NCBI GenBank assembly: GCA_963825055.1
Contig: CAWGSK010000009.1
Coordinates: forward strand, 96,001 to 160,000
Length of the DNA stretch: 64,000 bases
DNA from: an uncultured Gemmatimonadales bacterium
GTDB lineage: Bacteria > Gemmatimonadota > Gemmatimonadetes > Gemmatimonadales > GWC2-71-9
Direction of reading: 5' to 3'
This document shows positions 1-9,497 of this stretch, one piece after another. The notes under the pieces were generated by a model. The model searched no databases, had not been told where the DNA came from, and saw only the letters and a program-made list of their open reading frames with translations. Each line of letters opens with the position of its first letter. Positions within the stretch are counted from its first letter, which is position 1. The position numbers and the translations under genes are program-made.

Positions 1-163
1 CGTGCGCCATGGTGGTGTCCATCATCGTGGTATCCATCATGGGGGTGTTGTTCATCGGGGTCGTTTCCATCATCGCCGATGAATCAGCCATCGGGGCCTC
101 TTCAGCCTTTTTCTCGCAGCCTACGAGCACCAGTACAGCCGCCAGAGCCAGAACCTTCCGCAT
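1..163 (-). CDS. Small Met/Thr-rich lipoprotein (3' end beyond window edge)
   Basis: Read manually; not in the ORF track. MRKVLALAAVLVLVG-CEKKAEEAPMADSSAMMETTPMNNTPMMDTTMMDTTMAH. Lipobox LVGC, GAGGAG RBS upstream. Confidence 0.75.
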   Translation of the reverse strand, partial: MRKVLALAAVLVLVGCEKKAEEAPMADSSAMMETTPMNNTPMMDTTMMDTTMAH

Positions 164-364
164 ACATACTCCTCGCCAGGGGATTGGATGAGCGCCGCAT
201 CCCGCCACAGAACGCGGGCGCTACAACCTACGGTCGCGCCGGGGATTGTCAAGCAAGAGGGGTCCCCGCCTGCCGCGGCGTGCGGACGGGACTAGCTTCC
301 AGACAGGCATCATCATATGGGAGTGACGCACCGAACGGCTGAAGAAATTCCGAAGGAGCAGGAA

Positions 365-1831
365 ATGACGTATCCCGTTACGCTGGGTGAACTTAAGCAA
401 TCTCCGTGGGGCCATGCCCCCCTTCGCGGCCGGTCGGTCAGGCAGGAGCTCCGCAGCAACCTGATTCGCATGATGCAGTCGGGAGAGGAGCTGTTTCCGG
501 GCATCGTCGGGTACGACGATACGATCCTCCCACAGTTGATCCATGCGATGCTCTCGCGGCACCATTTCATCCTCCTGGGGCTCCGCGGTCAGGCCAAGAG
601 CCGGATTCTCCGGTCCCTGGTCCGCTTCCTGGACGATGCCATCCCGGTAGTCGCGGGAAGCGAGGTCAACGACGATCCGTTCGCACCGATCTCGCGCTTC
701 GCCCGCGACCGCATCGACGAATGCGGCGACGCGACAAGCATCGACTGGCTGCCGCGCGACGCGCGCTATGTCGAGAAGCTCGCCACGCCGGACGTCACCA
801 TCGCCGATATCATTGGCGACGTCGACCCCATCAAGGCCGCCCGGGGCGGCCATCTGCTCTCCGATGAACTCAGCATGCACTTCGGCCTGCTGCCCCGCGC
901 CAACCGCGGCATCTTCGCCATCAATGAGCTGCCGGACCTGAGCGGCAAGATCCAGGTCGGCCTGTTCAACATCATGCAGGAAGGCGACGTCCAGATCAAA
1001 GGCTACCCGGTGCGGCTCGCGCTCGATGTCCTGCTCGCCTTCACGGCCAACCCGGAGGACTACACGGCCCGCGGCAAGATCATCACGCCGTTGAAGGACC
1101 GGATCGGGAGCGAGATCATGACGCACTATCCGCGGTCCGTGGACCTCGGCATGGCGATCACCCGGCAGGAGTCCTGGACGGACCGCGCCGCCAACGGCGG
1201 GCCGGCGGTACGTATTCCACCGTTCATCGCCGAGGCCGTGGAACGGATCGCATTCGAGGGACGGGAGGACCCGCGCATCGACCGCCGGAGCGGTGTGAGC
1301 CAGCGGCTGCCGATCGCCGTGCTCGAAAACGCCGTAAGCAGCGCCGAGCGGCGCGCCCTCTCCTGCGACGAAGCGGAGGCCGTGCCCCGGATCAGCGACG
1401 TATACGCGGCGATCCCGGCCATCACCGGGAAGCTCGAGCTGGAATACGAGGGCGAACTGCAGGGCGGAGACACCATCGCCCGCGAGCTGATCCGGCGGGC
1501 GGCGGGCGGTGTCATGCAGCAGCATTTTCCCGAAGCTGACTTCGACCCCGTCGTGCGGTGGTTCGACGAGGGCGGCGCACTCAGGATCGAATCCGACTCC
1601 GGGAGCCGGGTCTGCCTCCAGGCGTTCGACCAGGTACCGGCGCTGGTGGACCTCGTGAAGGCCTCGGGTATCGCGAAGCCGGAGGACCCGGGAGCGATGG
1701 TGGGAGCGTGCGAGCTGGTGCTGGAAGGGCTCGCCTTCCAGAAGCGAATCACCCGGAGTGAAGAACTCGGCTACACCCGCGCCCGTCCCCAGCGCCGGGA
1801 GCCACCGGGCTACGGGTTCGACAAGGCCTGA
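365..1831 (+). CDS. ChlI/MoxR-like AAA+ ATPase (Mg-chelatase subunit I family)
   Basis: Walker A variant GLRGQAKS, Walker B FAINELPDL, FTANPEDY, LKDRIG. GGAG upstream of ATG 365. Confidence 0.85.
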   Translation: MTYPVTLGELKQSPWGHAPLRGRSVRQELRSNLIRMMQSGEELFPGIVGYDDTILPQLIHAMLSRHHFILLGLRGQAKSRILRSLVRFLDDAIPVVAGSEVNDDPFAPISRFARDRIDECGDATSIDWLPRDARYVEKLATPDVTIADIIGDVDPIKAARGGHLLSDELSMHFGLLPRANRGIFAINELPDLSGKIQVGLFNIMQEGDVQIKGYPVRLALDVLLAFTANPEDYTARGKIITPLKDRIGSEIMTHYPRSVDLGMAITRQESWTDRAANGGPAVRIPPFIAEAVERIAFEGREDPRIDRRSGVSQRLPIAVLENAVSSAERRALSCDEAEAVPRISDVYAAIPAITGKLELEYEGELQGGDTIARELIRRAAGGVMQQHFPEADFDPVVRWFDEGGALRIESDSGSRVCLQAFDQVPALVDLVKASGIAKPEDPGAMVGACELVLEGLAFQKRITRSEELGYTRARPQRREPPGYGFDKA

Positions 1832-1840
1832 CCAGCCTCC

Positions 1841-3109
1841 TCACCGAAAGGTGCCGGGACTCACCTCATACACACGGTGGTATTGACCGGCGGCCTCCTC
1901 CGGCGCCCAGAAGCCGAGTTGTTCCGTCCACCGGTGCGTCTGCAGGCGACGGCCGTTCAGCGTCAGGAATCCGGCGGCACGCCCGGTAACTACCCCCATG
2001 CGGCCGAGATCACGCAAGCCGCGGAACGCCGTCTGGCGCCGGGTGTCCACAATGCGCCGGGCGCTCCCCGGCCCGATCCCCGGCACGCGCAGCAGCTCCT
2101 CGTACGAGGCTGTCCTGACCTCCACCGGGAACCGCTCGGGGTTGGCGAGTGCCCACGTGGCCTTGGGGTCGGCGGACAGCGGCAGGTTTCCCTCGTCGTC
2201 GTAGACCACTTCCTCCGCGCCGAATCCATAGTCCCGCATGAGGTGATCCGCCTGGTAGAGCCGGTGCTCCCGGAGCGCCGGGGCCGCCGGTTTCTCTTCC
2301 ATGGGCGTCCGGCTGATCGGCCGAAAGGCACTGAACTGCGAATGGTGCATCCCGCCGCCATCGTAGAATCCCCGCACGGTGTTCAGGATGGTGCGATCTG
2401 TGTCTCCCGTGGCGCCCACCACGAACTGCATCGTCATGCCCGCCACGCCCCCGGGGTGGAACGGGTCACGCGGCCGGCCGTGCCGCTCTTCCGCACGGTT
2501 CCGGTTGACCAGTGCCCGGGCGGATTCCAGCGCGGAGACGGCCGTCGCCAGCCTCTTCTCCGGTGCGATCTGCGTGAGTGTGGCCCCGCACGGCGTCTCC
2601 AGGTTGATGGAAACGCGGGAGGCCAGTGCGGTGATCCGCTCGATCTGCGCGGGCTCGGCGCCGGGCACGATCTTCACGTGGATGTACCCGCGGAAATGGT
2701 GGCGCTCGCGGATCAGCTCCAGGGCCGTGATCAGGTCATCCATCACCTTCACCGGCCGGCCTGGAATGCCGGTGGTCAGAAAGAGCCCGTCACACCACCC
2801 GCGGGCCAGCGCTCCCATGAAAATCCGGACCAGCTCCTCGGGCTTGAGCAGGGTCCTCGGCATGTCCCGGTCCCGCCGCATGGGGCAGTAATGACAATTG
2901 AAGCTGCATGCGTTGGTCATGAGGATGCGGAGGAGACGCCGCTTGCCGCTGCCCACCCGGAGGTTCCGGATGTTCAGGGGCCCGAGGGAGCCGGATTTGC
3001 CGGCATGCCGGAGCCTGGGAGGCAGAGGACGGTCAGAAGCCGACTCCCGATCGTCCTGCGCCAGGGTCATGAGGAGGTGGAGACGGGATTCGAGGCTGGG
3101 AGAACGCAC
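1841..3109 (-). CDS. Putative DNA modification/repair radical SAM protein with HhH motif (TIGR03916-like)
   Basis: CSFNCHYC (CxxxCxxC), REHRLYQADHLMRDYGF, C-terminal LLRVPGIGPGSA HhH. Confidence 0.85.
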   Translation of the reverse strand: MRSPSLESRLHLLMTLAQDDRESASDRPLPPRLRHAGKSGSLGPLNIRNLRVGSGKRRLLRILMTNACSFNCHYCPMRRDRDMPRTLLKPEELVRIFMGALARGWCDGLFLTTGIPGRPVKVMDDLITALELIRERHHFRGYIHVKIVPGAEPAQIERITALASRVSINLETPCGATLTQIAPEKRLATAVSALESARALVNRNRAEERHGRPRDPFHPGGVAGMTMQFVVGATGDTDRTILNTVRGFYDGGGMHHSQFSAFRPISRTPMEEKPAAPALREHRLYQADHLMRDYGFGAEEVVYDDEGNLPLSADPKATWALANPERFPVEVRTASYEELLRVPGIGPGSARRIVDTRRQTAFRGLRDLGRMGVVTGRAAGFLTLNGRRLQTHRWTEQLGFWAPEEAAGQYHRVYEVSPGTFR

Positions 3110-3175
3110 GGCAAGCTCCGGCTGGTCGGTGGATCAGTATACCGAACAAACGCCGAAGATGCAAGTCGAGGACAG

Positions 3176-3335
3176 GGCGGACAGGCGGACAGGCGGACAG
3201 GCAGACAGAGCGGACAGGCGGACAGGCGGACAGGCGGACAGGCGGACAGGCGGACAGGCGGACAGGCGGACAGGCGGACAGGCGGACAGGCGGACAGGCG
3301 GACAGGCGGACAGGCGGACAGGCGGACAGGCGGAC
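3176..3335 (+). repeat. Tandem octamer (GGCGGACA), about 20 copies
   Basis: Directly visible, with two variant units near the 5' end. Confidence 0.95.
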
Positions 3336-3345
3336 CGAAGCTAGT

Positions 3346-3407
3346 GACTCAACCACTCAACCACTCAACCACTCAACGACCCGATTCCCGACACCCGATT
3401 CCCGGCA
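3346..3407 (+). repeat. (ACTCAACC)x~4 followed by two ACCCGATTCCCG copies
   Basis: Directly visible. Confidence 0.85.
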
Positions 3408-4028
3408 CTAACACCACCCCAACTGCCTCGCCCGCTCCACGATCACCCCTGCTGCCCCATCCCATCCGAGCGCACCGGTGTTGATCACGAGGTGGTACAC
3501 GGCGGGATCCGCCCAGTCCCGGTCGTAGTACTCCCGGTGGTAACGCCGCCGGTTTTCGTCCATCTCGTCCACCTTCTTCCCCGCTGCTTCCTCATCGCAG
3601 GAGAGGCGCCGTACGACTTCGTGAATCCGGTGCTGCCGCGGAGCCACCACCCGCACATGAATCGCATCGATCTCGCTCGAGAGCACCGCCGGCGTCGCCC
3701 GCCCGACCATCACCACCTTCCCCTGCCTCGCGATCTCCTGCACCACAGTCTCCGTGATCCGCACCAGCTTCGGCTCGTCAATTTCCTCCACCGGTGTCCG
3801 TGCCAGGTACACGTATTCCGGCGAGGCCACCAGCGCGCGGGCCAGGCGCTGGATGAAGGTCGGGCCCTTCTCTTCCCGCTCGGCCACTTCCTGGGCAGAC
3901 ACGCCTGCCCGCGCCGCCACCGCCTCGATCAGTTCATTGTCCACGACCGACCAGCCCAGGGCCTCAGCTACGCGCTGCGCCACCTGGGAGCCGCCGGCGC
4001 CGAATTCGCGGGAAATAGTTATGAGCAT
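3408..4028 (-). CDS. Cytidylate kinase-like family protein
   Basis: ITISREFGAGG P-loop variant, VMVGR, DENRRRYHREYY, YHLVINT. Confidence 0.85.
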   Translation of the reverse strand: MLITISREFGAGGSQVAQRVAEALGWSVVDNELIEAVAARAGVSAQEVAEREEKGPTFIQRLARALVASPEYVYLARTPVEEIDEPKLVRITETVVQEIARQGKVVMVGRATPAVLSSEIDAIHVRVVAPRQHRIHEVVRRLSCDEEAAGKKVDEMDENRRRYHREYYDRDWADPAVYHLVINTGALGWDGAAGVIVERARQLGWC

Positions 4029-4105
4029 GAGGGCCAGGGAAGAGGGAATAGAGAGAAGGGACTAGATGACCTTTGCGGCCTTTGTGGTGAGGCTGTTGCC
4101 GGCAC

Positions 4106-5362
4106 TCACCGTTCCCGCCGGAGCCGATGCCGCATCCGGATGGTCAGCACCACCGCCACCAGCAGGCAGATCGCCCCGCCGATCCCGAACGCGCGGTCTA
4201 CGCCCAGCAGCTCCGCAAGCCAGCCACCCTGCAATGACCCGAACGGGGCCATCCCGAGAATGATGAATGCATACACCCCCATCACCCGCCCGCGCAGGTG
4301 GTCCGGCGCCTCCGACTGGAGCAGCGTGTTGGTCAGCACGTTGCTGAGCACCATGGCCGTCCCCGCCAGGGTGAACAGGACCAGCGCCAGCCAGTAACTG
4401 GTCATGACCGACGCCGCCATCAGGAAGGCCCCGAACAGCATCCCGCTCACGAGCACCACCGTCCGCTTCCGGAACCGGTGCCCGAAGGCCGCCACGATGA
4501 GGGCCGCGCCCGAGGCACCCACCCCCACCGCCGAGACGAGGGTGCCATACCCCGTTGCCCCGGTCTTGAGGACCTGCTCGGCGAATACGGGAAGCAGCGG
4601 CAGGAACGCCCCGCCGAAGATGCTGAAGGTCGCCGTGAGAATGGCCAGCGTCCGGGGCCATGGCTCACCCAGTACGTACGAAAGCCCGTCCAGGAACCGT
4701 GGGCGGCCCGGGGGCGGGGGCGGGCTCGGCGGCAGTCGCATGACCAGGAGGCTGCCGATCACCGCCAGGTAACTCCCCGCGTTCGCCAGGAAGCAGGCCG
4801 CGATGCCCGCCGTAGCGATGATGATGCCCGCCACCGCGGGGCCGATGATCCGGGTCAGGTTGAAGACCGAGGAGTTGAGCGCGATGGCGTTCATCAGGTC
4901 GTCCCGCCCCGCCATCTCGATCACGAACGCCTGCCGGGTGGGTACCTCGAACGCCGCCAGCAGGCCGAAGATCGCAGCCAGCACCATCACCCAGCCGACG
5001 GTCACCGCGCCCGTGAGCGTGAGCACGCCGAGGACCGCGGCGTCCACCAGCATGAGGCTCTGGAGCATCAGGATGAAGCGCCGCTTGTTCACCCGGTCTG
5101 CCACGACGCCGCCGTAGAGCGTGAACAGCAGAATCGGCAGGGTGCCCAGCGTGCTCACCAGCCCCACCATGAACGCGGACTGCGTGAGCTGCAGAACCAG
5201 CCACCCCTGCGCCACGTTCTGGAGCCACGTCCCGGTGAGCGACACCATCTGTCCGCCCAGGAAGAGGCGGAAGTTCCGGTGCCGGAGCGCGCGGAATGGC
5301 GTCGGCCTGCCCGGAGGCCCGGCAGGCGCGGCTGAGGTAGAGGCCGGAAGGGGCGCGGTCAC
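4106..5362 (-). CDS. MFS transporter
   Basis: About 12 TM segments, GVVADRVNKR motif A, APDHLRGRVMG. Confidence 0.9.
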   Translation of the reverse strand: MTAPLPASTSAAPAGPPGRPTPFRALRHRNFRLFLGGQMVSLTGTWLQNVAQGWLVLQLTQSAFMVGLVSTLGTLPILLFTLYGGVVADRVNKRRFILMLQSLMLVDAAVLGVLTLTGAVTVGWVMVLAAIFGLLAAFEVPTRQAFVIEMAGRDDLMNAIALNSSVFNLTRIIGPAVAGIIIATAGIAACFLANAGSYLAVIGSLLVMRLPPSPPPPPGRPRFLDGLSYVLGEPWPRTLAILTATFSIFGGAFLPLLPVFAEQVLKTGATGYGTLVSAVGVGASGAALIVAAFGHRFRKRTVVLVSGMLFGAFLMAASVMTSYWLALVLFTLAGTAMVLSNVLTNTLLQSEAPDHLRGRVMGVYAFIILGMAPFGSLQGGWLAELLGVDRAFGIGGAICLLVAVVLTIRMRHRLRRER

Positions 5363-5375
5363 GGGAGAATGGTAA

Positions 5376-5457
5376 GCAGGTCAGGGCGGTCAGGGCGGCC
5401 CGAAACTACTGACCGCCTTGTCCGTCCCGTCCGTCCTGTCCGCCTTGCCCGTCCTGT
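5376..5457. repeat. Degenerate GGTCAGGGC / TGTCCGYCC short repeats with inverted arms
   Basis: GGCGGTCAG pairs with CTGACCGCC. TGTCCGCC is the reverse complement of the octamer at 3176. Confidence 0.6.
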
Positions 5458-5505
5458 AGCTATCATCCATCATGCGGGCGGATGCGCCGCCCTCGGGAGT
5501 ACGCA

Positions 5506-6771
5506 ATGCGATACACCACCTGGTCCCGCTACATCCCGGGCTTTGCCGACGCGGTCAACCTGCAGGGCCTGCTCGACAGCCTCGGCGACTTCCTGCTCCA
5601 GTCCGGTTTCGACGGCTGGGACGACGGCGATGGCCGCTCGATGGACGACCTGCGCGCGGCTATCCTGGATGCGCTCATGTCCTCCGGCGAGCTCACGCCC
5701 GAGATGCTGGAGTTCCTGAACAGTGGTCCCTCGGGAGACCCGGAACAGGACCGCCGGCACCAGAAGGACATCGCCGACATGATCGACCGGATCATCCAGC
5801 GCCTCATGGAAGAGGGTTATCTCCGCACGGAGGCTCCCCCGCAGGCCCCTGGCGGGTATCAGGCCATGACCGGCCCGGGAGGCCAGGCCCGGGAAGCGGC
5901 GCGTGACGTGAAGTTCGACCTCACCGACAAGGCGGTGGATTTCCTCGGCTACCGCGCCCTTCGCCACCTGCTCGGCTCGATCGGCCACGCCAGCCTGGGC
6001 GCGCACGAGACCACCCGCCAGAGCACGACCATCGAGGCCGAGTCCGCCAGCCGGCCCTACGAGTTCGGCGACGTCATGAACCTCGACGTGCCCGGCACGC
6101 TTGCCCGCGCCCTCGCCCGCGAGGGACTCCGGTTCCCGCTTCCGCTCCAGTACGGTGACCTGATGGTCCACCAGAGCGACTTCCGCTCCTCCGCCGCCAC
6201 GGTGCTGATGCTGGACTGCAGTCACTCCATGATCCTCTATGGAGAGGACCGGTTCACTCCTGCCAAGAAGGTGGCGCTGGCACTCACCCACCTGATCCGG
6301 ACGCAGTACCCGGGAGACACGCTTCGCGTCGTCCTGTTCCATGATTCCGCTGAGGAGATCCCGCTTCCCGCGCTCGCACGGGCGAAGGTCGGCCCCTGGC
6401 ACACGAACACTGCGGAAGGCCTCCGGCTGGCGCGGCGGATCCTCCTGGGCCAGGCGATGGACATGCGGCAGATCATCATGATCACCGACGGCAAGCCCTC
6501 CGCACTGACCCTTCCCGACGGGCGGATCTACGTGAACTCGATGGGGCTCGACCCGACGATCACGCGGGCGACGTTCCGTGAAGTCGCCGAGTGCCGCCGC
6601 AGCGGGATCATGATCAACACCTTCATGCTGGCGCGGGAGCGAAGCCTGGTGGAGTTCGTGAAGCAGGTGTCCACCATCTGCCGGGGCAAGGCGTACTTCA
6701 CGACCACCATGACCCTGGGCCAATTCATCCTGATGGACTTCCTCAAGCACAAGACCCGGCGGGTGAGCTGA
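5506..6771 (+). CDS. vWA domain protein (likely partner of the AAA+ ATPase)
   Basis: [25 protein letters not shown]. Confidence 0.85.
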   Translation: MRYTTWSRYIPGFADAVNLQGLLDSLGDFLLQSGFDGWDDGDGRSMDDLRAAILDALMSSGELTPEMLEFLNSGPSGDPEQDRRHQKDIADMIDRIIQRLMEEGYLRTEAPPQAPGGYQAMTGPGGQAREAARDVKFDLTDKAVDFLGYRALRHLLGSIGHASLGAHETTRQSTTIEAESASRPYEFGDVMNLDVPGTLARALAREGLRFPLPLQYGDLMVHQSDFRSSAATVLMLDCSHSMILYGEDRFTPAKKVALALTHLIRTQYPGDTLRVVLFHDSAEEIPLPALARAKVGPWHTNTAEGLRLARRILLGQAMDMRQIIMITDGKPSALTLPDGRIYVNSMGLDPTITRATFREVAECRRSGIMINTFMLARERSLVEFVKQVSTICRGKAYFTTTMTLGQFILMDFLKHKTRRVS

Positions 6772-7460
6772 GCGCCCGGCAGGTCGCCGCCGTCACACGC
6801 GGCGTGATCGCCTGTACCCGCTGCCCCCGGCTCCGCGCCTGGTGCCGTGCAGTGGCGACCGCGAAGAAGCGGGCTTTTCGTGATCAGGAGTACTGGGGCC
6901 TGCCAGTGCCGGGCTTCGGCGACCCCGGCGCGCGGCTGCTCATCGTCGGCCTGGCGCCGGCGGCCCACGGCGCCAACCGCACCGGTCGCATGTTCACCGG
7001 CGACTCCAGCGGCGACTGGCTCTATGCCGCCCTGCACCGGTACGGGTTCGCGAACCAGGCCACGTCCGAATCGCGGGATGACGGCCTCCGCCTCACCGAC
7101 TGCTACATCACGGCCGTAGTACGTTGCGCTCCGCCGGCCAACAAGCCAACCCGCGACGAACGGGACGCCTGTCGCTCATGGCTCGAGGCAGAACTGCAGG
7201 CCCTGGAGAAGGCCCGTGTGGTGATTGTGCTGGGAAGAATCGCGTGGGAGGGCTGGCTCAAGGCCGCGGGCTGGTGGGAGCGGCTGTCACCGCGGGAGCG
7301 GCCCCCGTTCCGTCACGGCGCGCGGCATCGCCTGCCGGACGGGACGGTGCTGGTCACGTCGTACCATCCCAGCCGGCAGAACACCAACACCGGCCGGCTC
7401 ACGCGAACGATGTGGAACCGCGTGTTCCGCGATGCGAGGGCCGCCCTCGATCGAGGCTGA
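6768..7460 (+). CDS. Uracil-DNA glycosylase family 5 (UdgB-like, Fe-S)
   Basis: CTRCPRL, GLAPAAHGANRTGRMFTGD, RCAPPANKP, YHPSRQN. Start uncertain (6768 or GTG 6804). Confidence 0.85.
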   Translation: MSARQVAAVTRGVIACTRCPRLRAWCRAVATAKKRAFRDQEYWGLPVPGFGDPGARLLIVGLAPAAHGANRTGRMFTGDSSGDWLYAALHRYGFANQATSESRDDGLRLTDCYITAVVRCAPPANKPTRDERDACRSWLEAELQALEKARVVIVLGRIAWEGWLKAAGWWERLSPRERPPFRHGARHRLPDGTVLVTSYHPSRQNTNTGRLTRTMWNRVFRDARAALDRG

Positions 7461-7871
7461 TCAACCCGAAAAGCCCGCCCCCCGGGTGGACTGTGGGAAG
7501 CGGGCGATCACCTGGAGCTGGCCAACATCAGTGTGGGGGAACTCCAGGCAGGCGGCACCGTCCAGTTCCAGCCAGGCATGCGCCGCGAAGGTTCCCCCCT
7601 GACGAGTTACCCCGATGCACCATTCCACCGGATATCCTTCCCGCCGGAGCACCAGGTACAGCACCGCCGTCCGGGTGAGGCAGGTCAGCCGCCATGGGCG
7701 GGGCAGGCGGCGAAGCAGCCGGTCTACCCACCGCGCGATGACCGCGGGCGGCGGGTCCCTCCGGCGGTCACCGTCACGCGCCCGGGCGGCCACCGCCTCG
7801 AGGCTGTCCAGCCGCAACTGAATCGGAACCGTGAGCGCGGCGCGGGTTGCCCGCCACCGCCACGACCCCAT
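7461..7871 (-). CDS. Lasso peptide B2-like / transglutaminase-like cysteine protease
   Basis: CLTRTAVLYLVLRREG...CIGV...AAHAWLELDG pattern. ATG overlaps the upstream TGA. Confidence 0.75.
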   Translation of the reverse strand: MGSWRWRATRAALTVPIQLRLDSLEAVAARARDGDRRRDPPPAVIARWVDRLLRRLPRPWRLTCLTRTAVLYLVLRREGYPVEWCIGVTRQGGTFAAHAWLELDGAACLEFPHTDVGQLQVIARFPQSTRGAGFSG

Positions 7872-9325
7872 CAGGAGCCGGTGTGCCCGCCGGTCACCCG
7901 CTTCACCTCACGGCCGGCCGGAAGGGTCGTGGAGGCATCTACCTCGTTGATGATCGCCAGCATCTCGATCGGGATCGTCGAGGGGTACCGCTGGTTGAAC
8001 TGCGCCAGCGTCATGGCGCGGTCGAGCCGGACGACATCCACCCGCTTCGGTTCCACGTTGATCTTCGACTGGTCCGTGAGCGGCCGGAAGCTCTGGACCG
8101 ACTGGAGGAACGCGTTCTGGTAGGCCCCGATCCGGCCAGGGGCCGTATAGGCCAGCAACCGGTAGGTCGCGTTGTTGTACGAGAGGAACGTGACCACGCC
8201 GCGGAGGGCCTGCCCGTCGCTCGTCTGGGCGTCGAAGCTCGCCGTCACCGCAGGCAGCCCGTTGATCGTGTTCCGGGATACCTGGCCCGCCTGCACACCC
8301 TGCTGGGACAGAAACTGCTGGGCGGCAGCGTCCGGCGCCCCCTCGCCGATGCCGAGGGTCACCACCGCGTCGTTCTCCGGGCTGACCGCGACCACGGCCT
8401 GGGCCTGGTTCTGGTACTGCCAGCCATCGGGGAACTGGAGCACGAACTTGAGGTCCGGATGGTAGAAGGTGCCGCCCTCGAAGTAACCCAGGCGCGGGTT
8501 CTCGCCGTAGATGACGTTCTCGATCTGCTTCAGGTAGGGGTCCCGGCCCACCGTCGCCTTCGACAGATCGGCATGCAGGGTATCGAGACGCGCCTGAGTC
8601 GCCTGGATCCGGGCCTCCGGATACGGGTGGGTGGAGAGCCACTCGGGCAAACGGCCTTCGTTGCCGCCCTGGGCGCTCACCCGCTGCAGCGTCTGGAATA
8701 CGTTGTCCATCTCGCGGACGTCGTATCCGTGATTCAGCGCGTACTTGAAGCCCAGCTGGTCGGCCTGGCGCTCGTCGTCCCGGCCGTACTTGAGGAACAG
8801 CAGGCTCAGGCCGGCGCCGGCCAGGTTGCCGAAGCGCGCGATGTCCTCGGACAGGATCATGCCGACCCCGAGCCCGAGTTGCGCCACCTGGGCCCGGCTG
8901 ATCTGCTGGACGGAATGCTTGGCGGTCACGTGCCCGATCTCATGCCCCAGCACGGTAGCGAGCTCGGCCTCGTTGTTCATGGTCGTCAGGATCCCGCGGG
9001 TGACGAAGATGAATCCGCCGGGGAGCGCGAAGGCGTTCACTGCTGGGTCATCGGCCACCTGGAAGGACCAGGGCAGGTCCGGCCGCTCGGAGTTTGCCGC
9101 CAGCTTCTGGCCCACCGAATTGACGTAGTTCTGGAGCGCGGCGTCGTCGTAGAGCCCGATGGACTGGGCCACATCCTGTGCCCCCTGGCGCCCCATCTGG
9201 ATTTCCTGCGACTCCGATACGAGCGAGAGTTCACTCTTGCCGGTCACCGGGTTGGTGGCACAGGAAGCAAGGACACTGCCTGCGAGAAGCGGCACGAGGA
9301 AAGGCTTCAGCATCTGTAACGACAT
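7871..9325 (-). CDS. M48 family zinc metalloprotease lipoprotein
   Basis: Lipobox LASC, NAFALPGG, HEIGH, ERQAD, STHP, LysM-like C-terminus. Confidence 0.9.
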   Translation of the reverse strand: MSLQMLKPFLVPLLAGSVLASCATNPVTGKSELSLVSESQEIQMGRQGAQDVAQSIGLYDDAALQNYVNSVGQKLAANSERPDLPWSFQVADDPAVNAFALPGGFIFVTRGILTTMNNEAELATVLGHEIGHVTAKHSVQQISRAQVAQLGLGVGMILSEDIARFGNLAGAGLSLLFLKYGRDDERQADQLGFKYALNHGYDVREMDNVFQTLQRVSAQGGNEGRLPEWLSTHPYPEARIQATQARLDTLHADLSKATVGRDPYLKQIENVIYGENPRLGYFEGGTFYHPDLKFVLQFPDGWQYQNQAQAVVAVSPENDAVVTLGIGEGAPDAAAQQFLSQQGVQAGQVSRNTINGLPAVTASFDAQTSDGQALRGVVTFLSYNNATYRLLAYTAPGRIGAYQNAFLQSVQSFRPLTDQSKINVEPKRVDVVRLDRAMTLAQFNQRYPSTIPIEMLAIINEVDASTTLPAGREVKRVTGGHTGS

Positions 9326-9497
9326 GGGTCCGTCCAGTCTGGGGTCGATGGCCCAACATCAAGCAATGGAGCAGTATATGCGACGGCGGCCGGGGCCGCT
9401 GTGCGGCCGCGCACACCCCCCCGATCCGGCACGGAGGGCCCCGGGTTGCCCCGCGGGCGGGGTGGAGGTTTTCTTCAACGCTCAAGAAGGAGGTCTG

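Noticed and set aside
365..1831. Photosynthetic bchI/chlI
   Set aside because: No bch or puf genes nearby. The vWA partner and motifs fit the generic ChlI/MoxR-like family.
3176..3335. CRISPR array or repeat-protein ORFs (GGQADRRT / VRLSACPP)
   Set aside because: It is a contiguous 8-nt microsatellite with no spacers or cas genes. The ORFs are just translations of the repeat.
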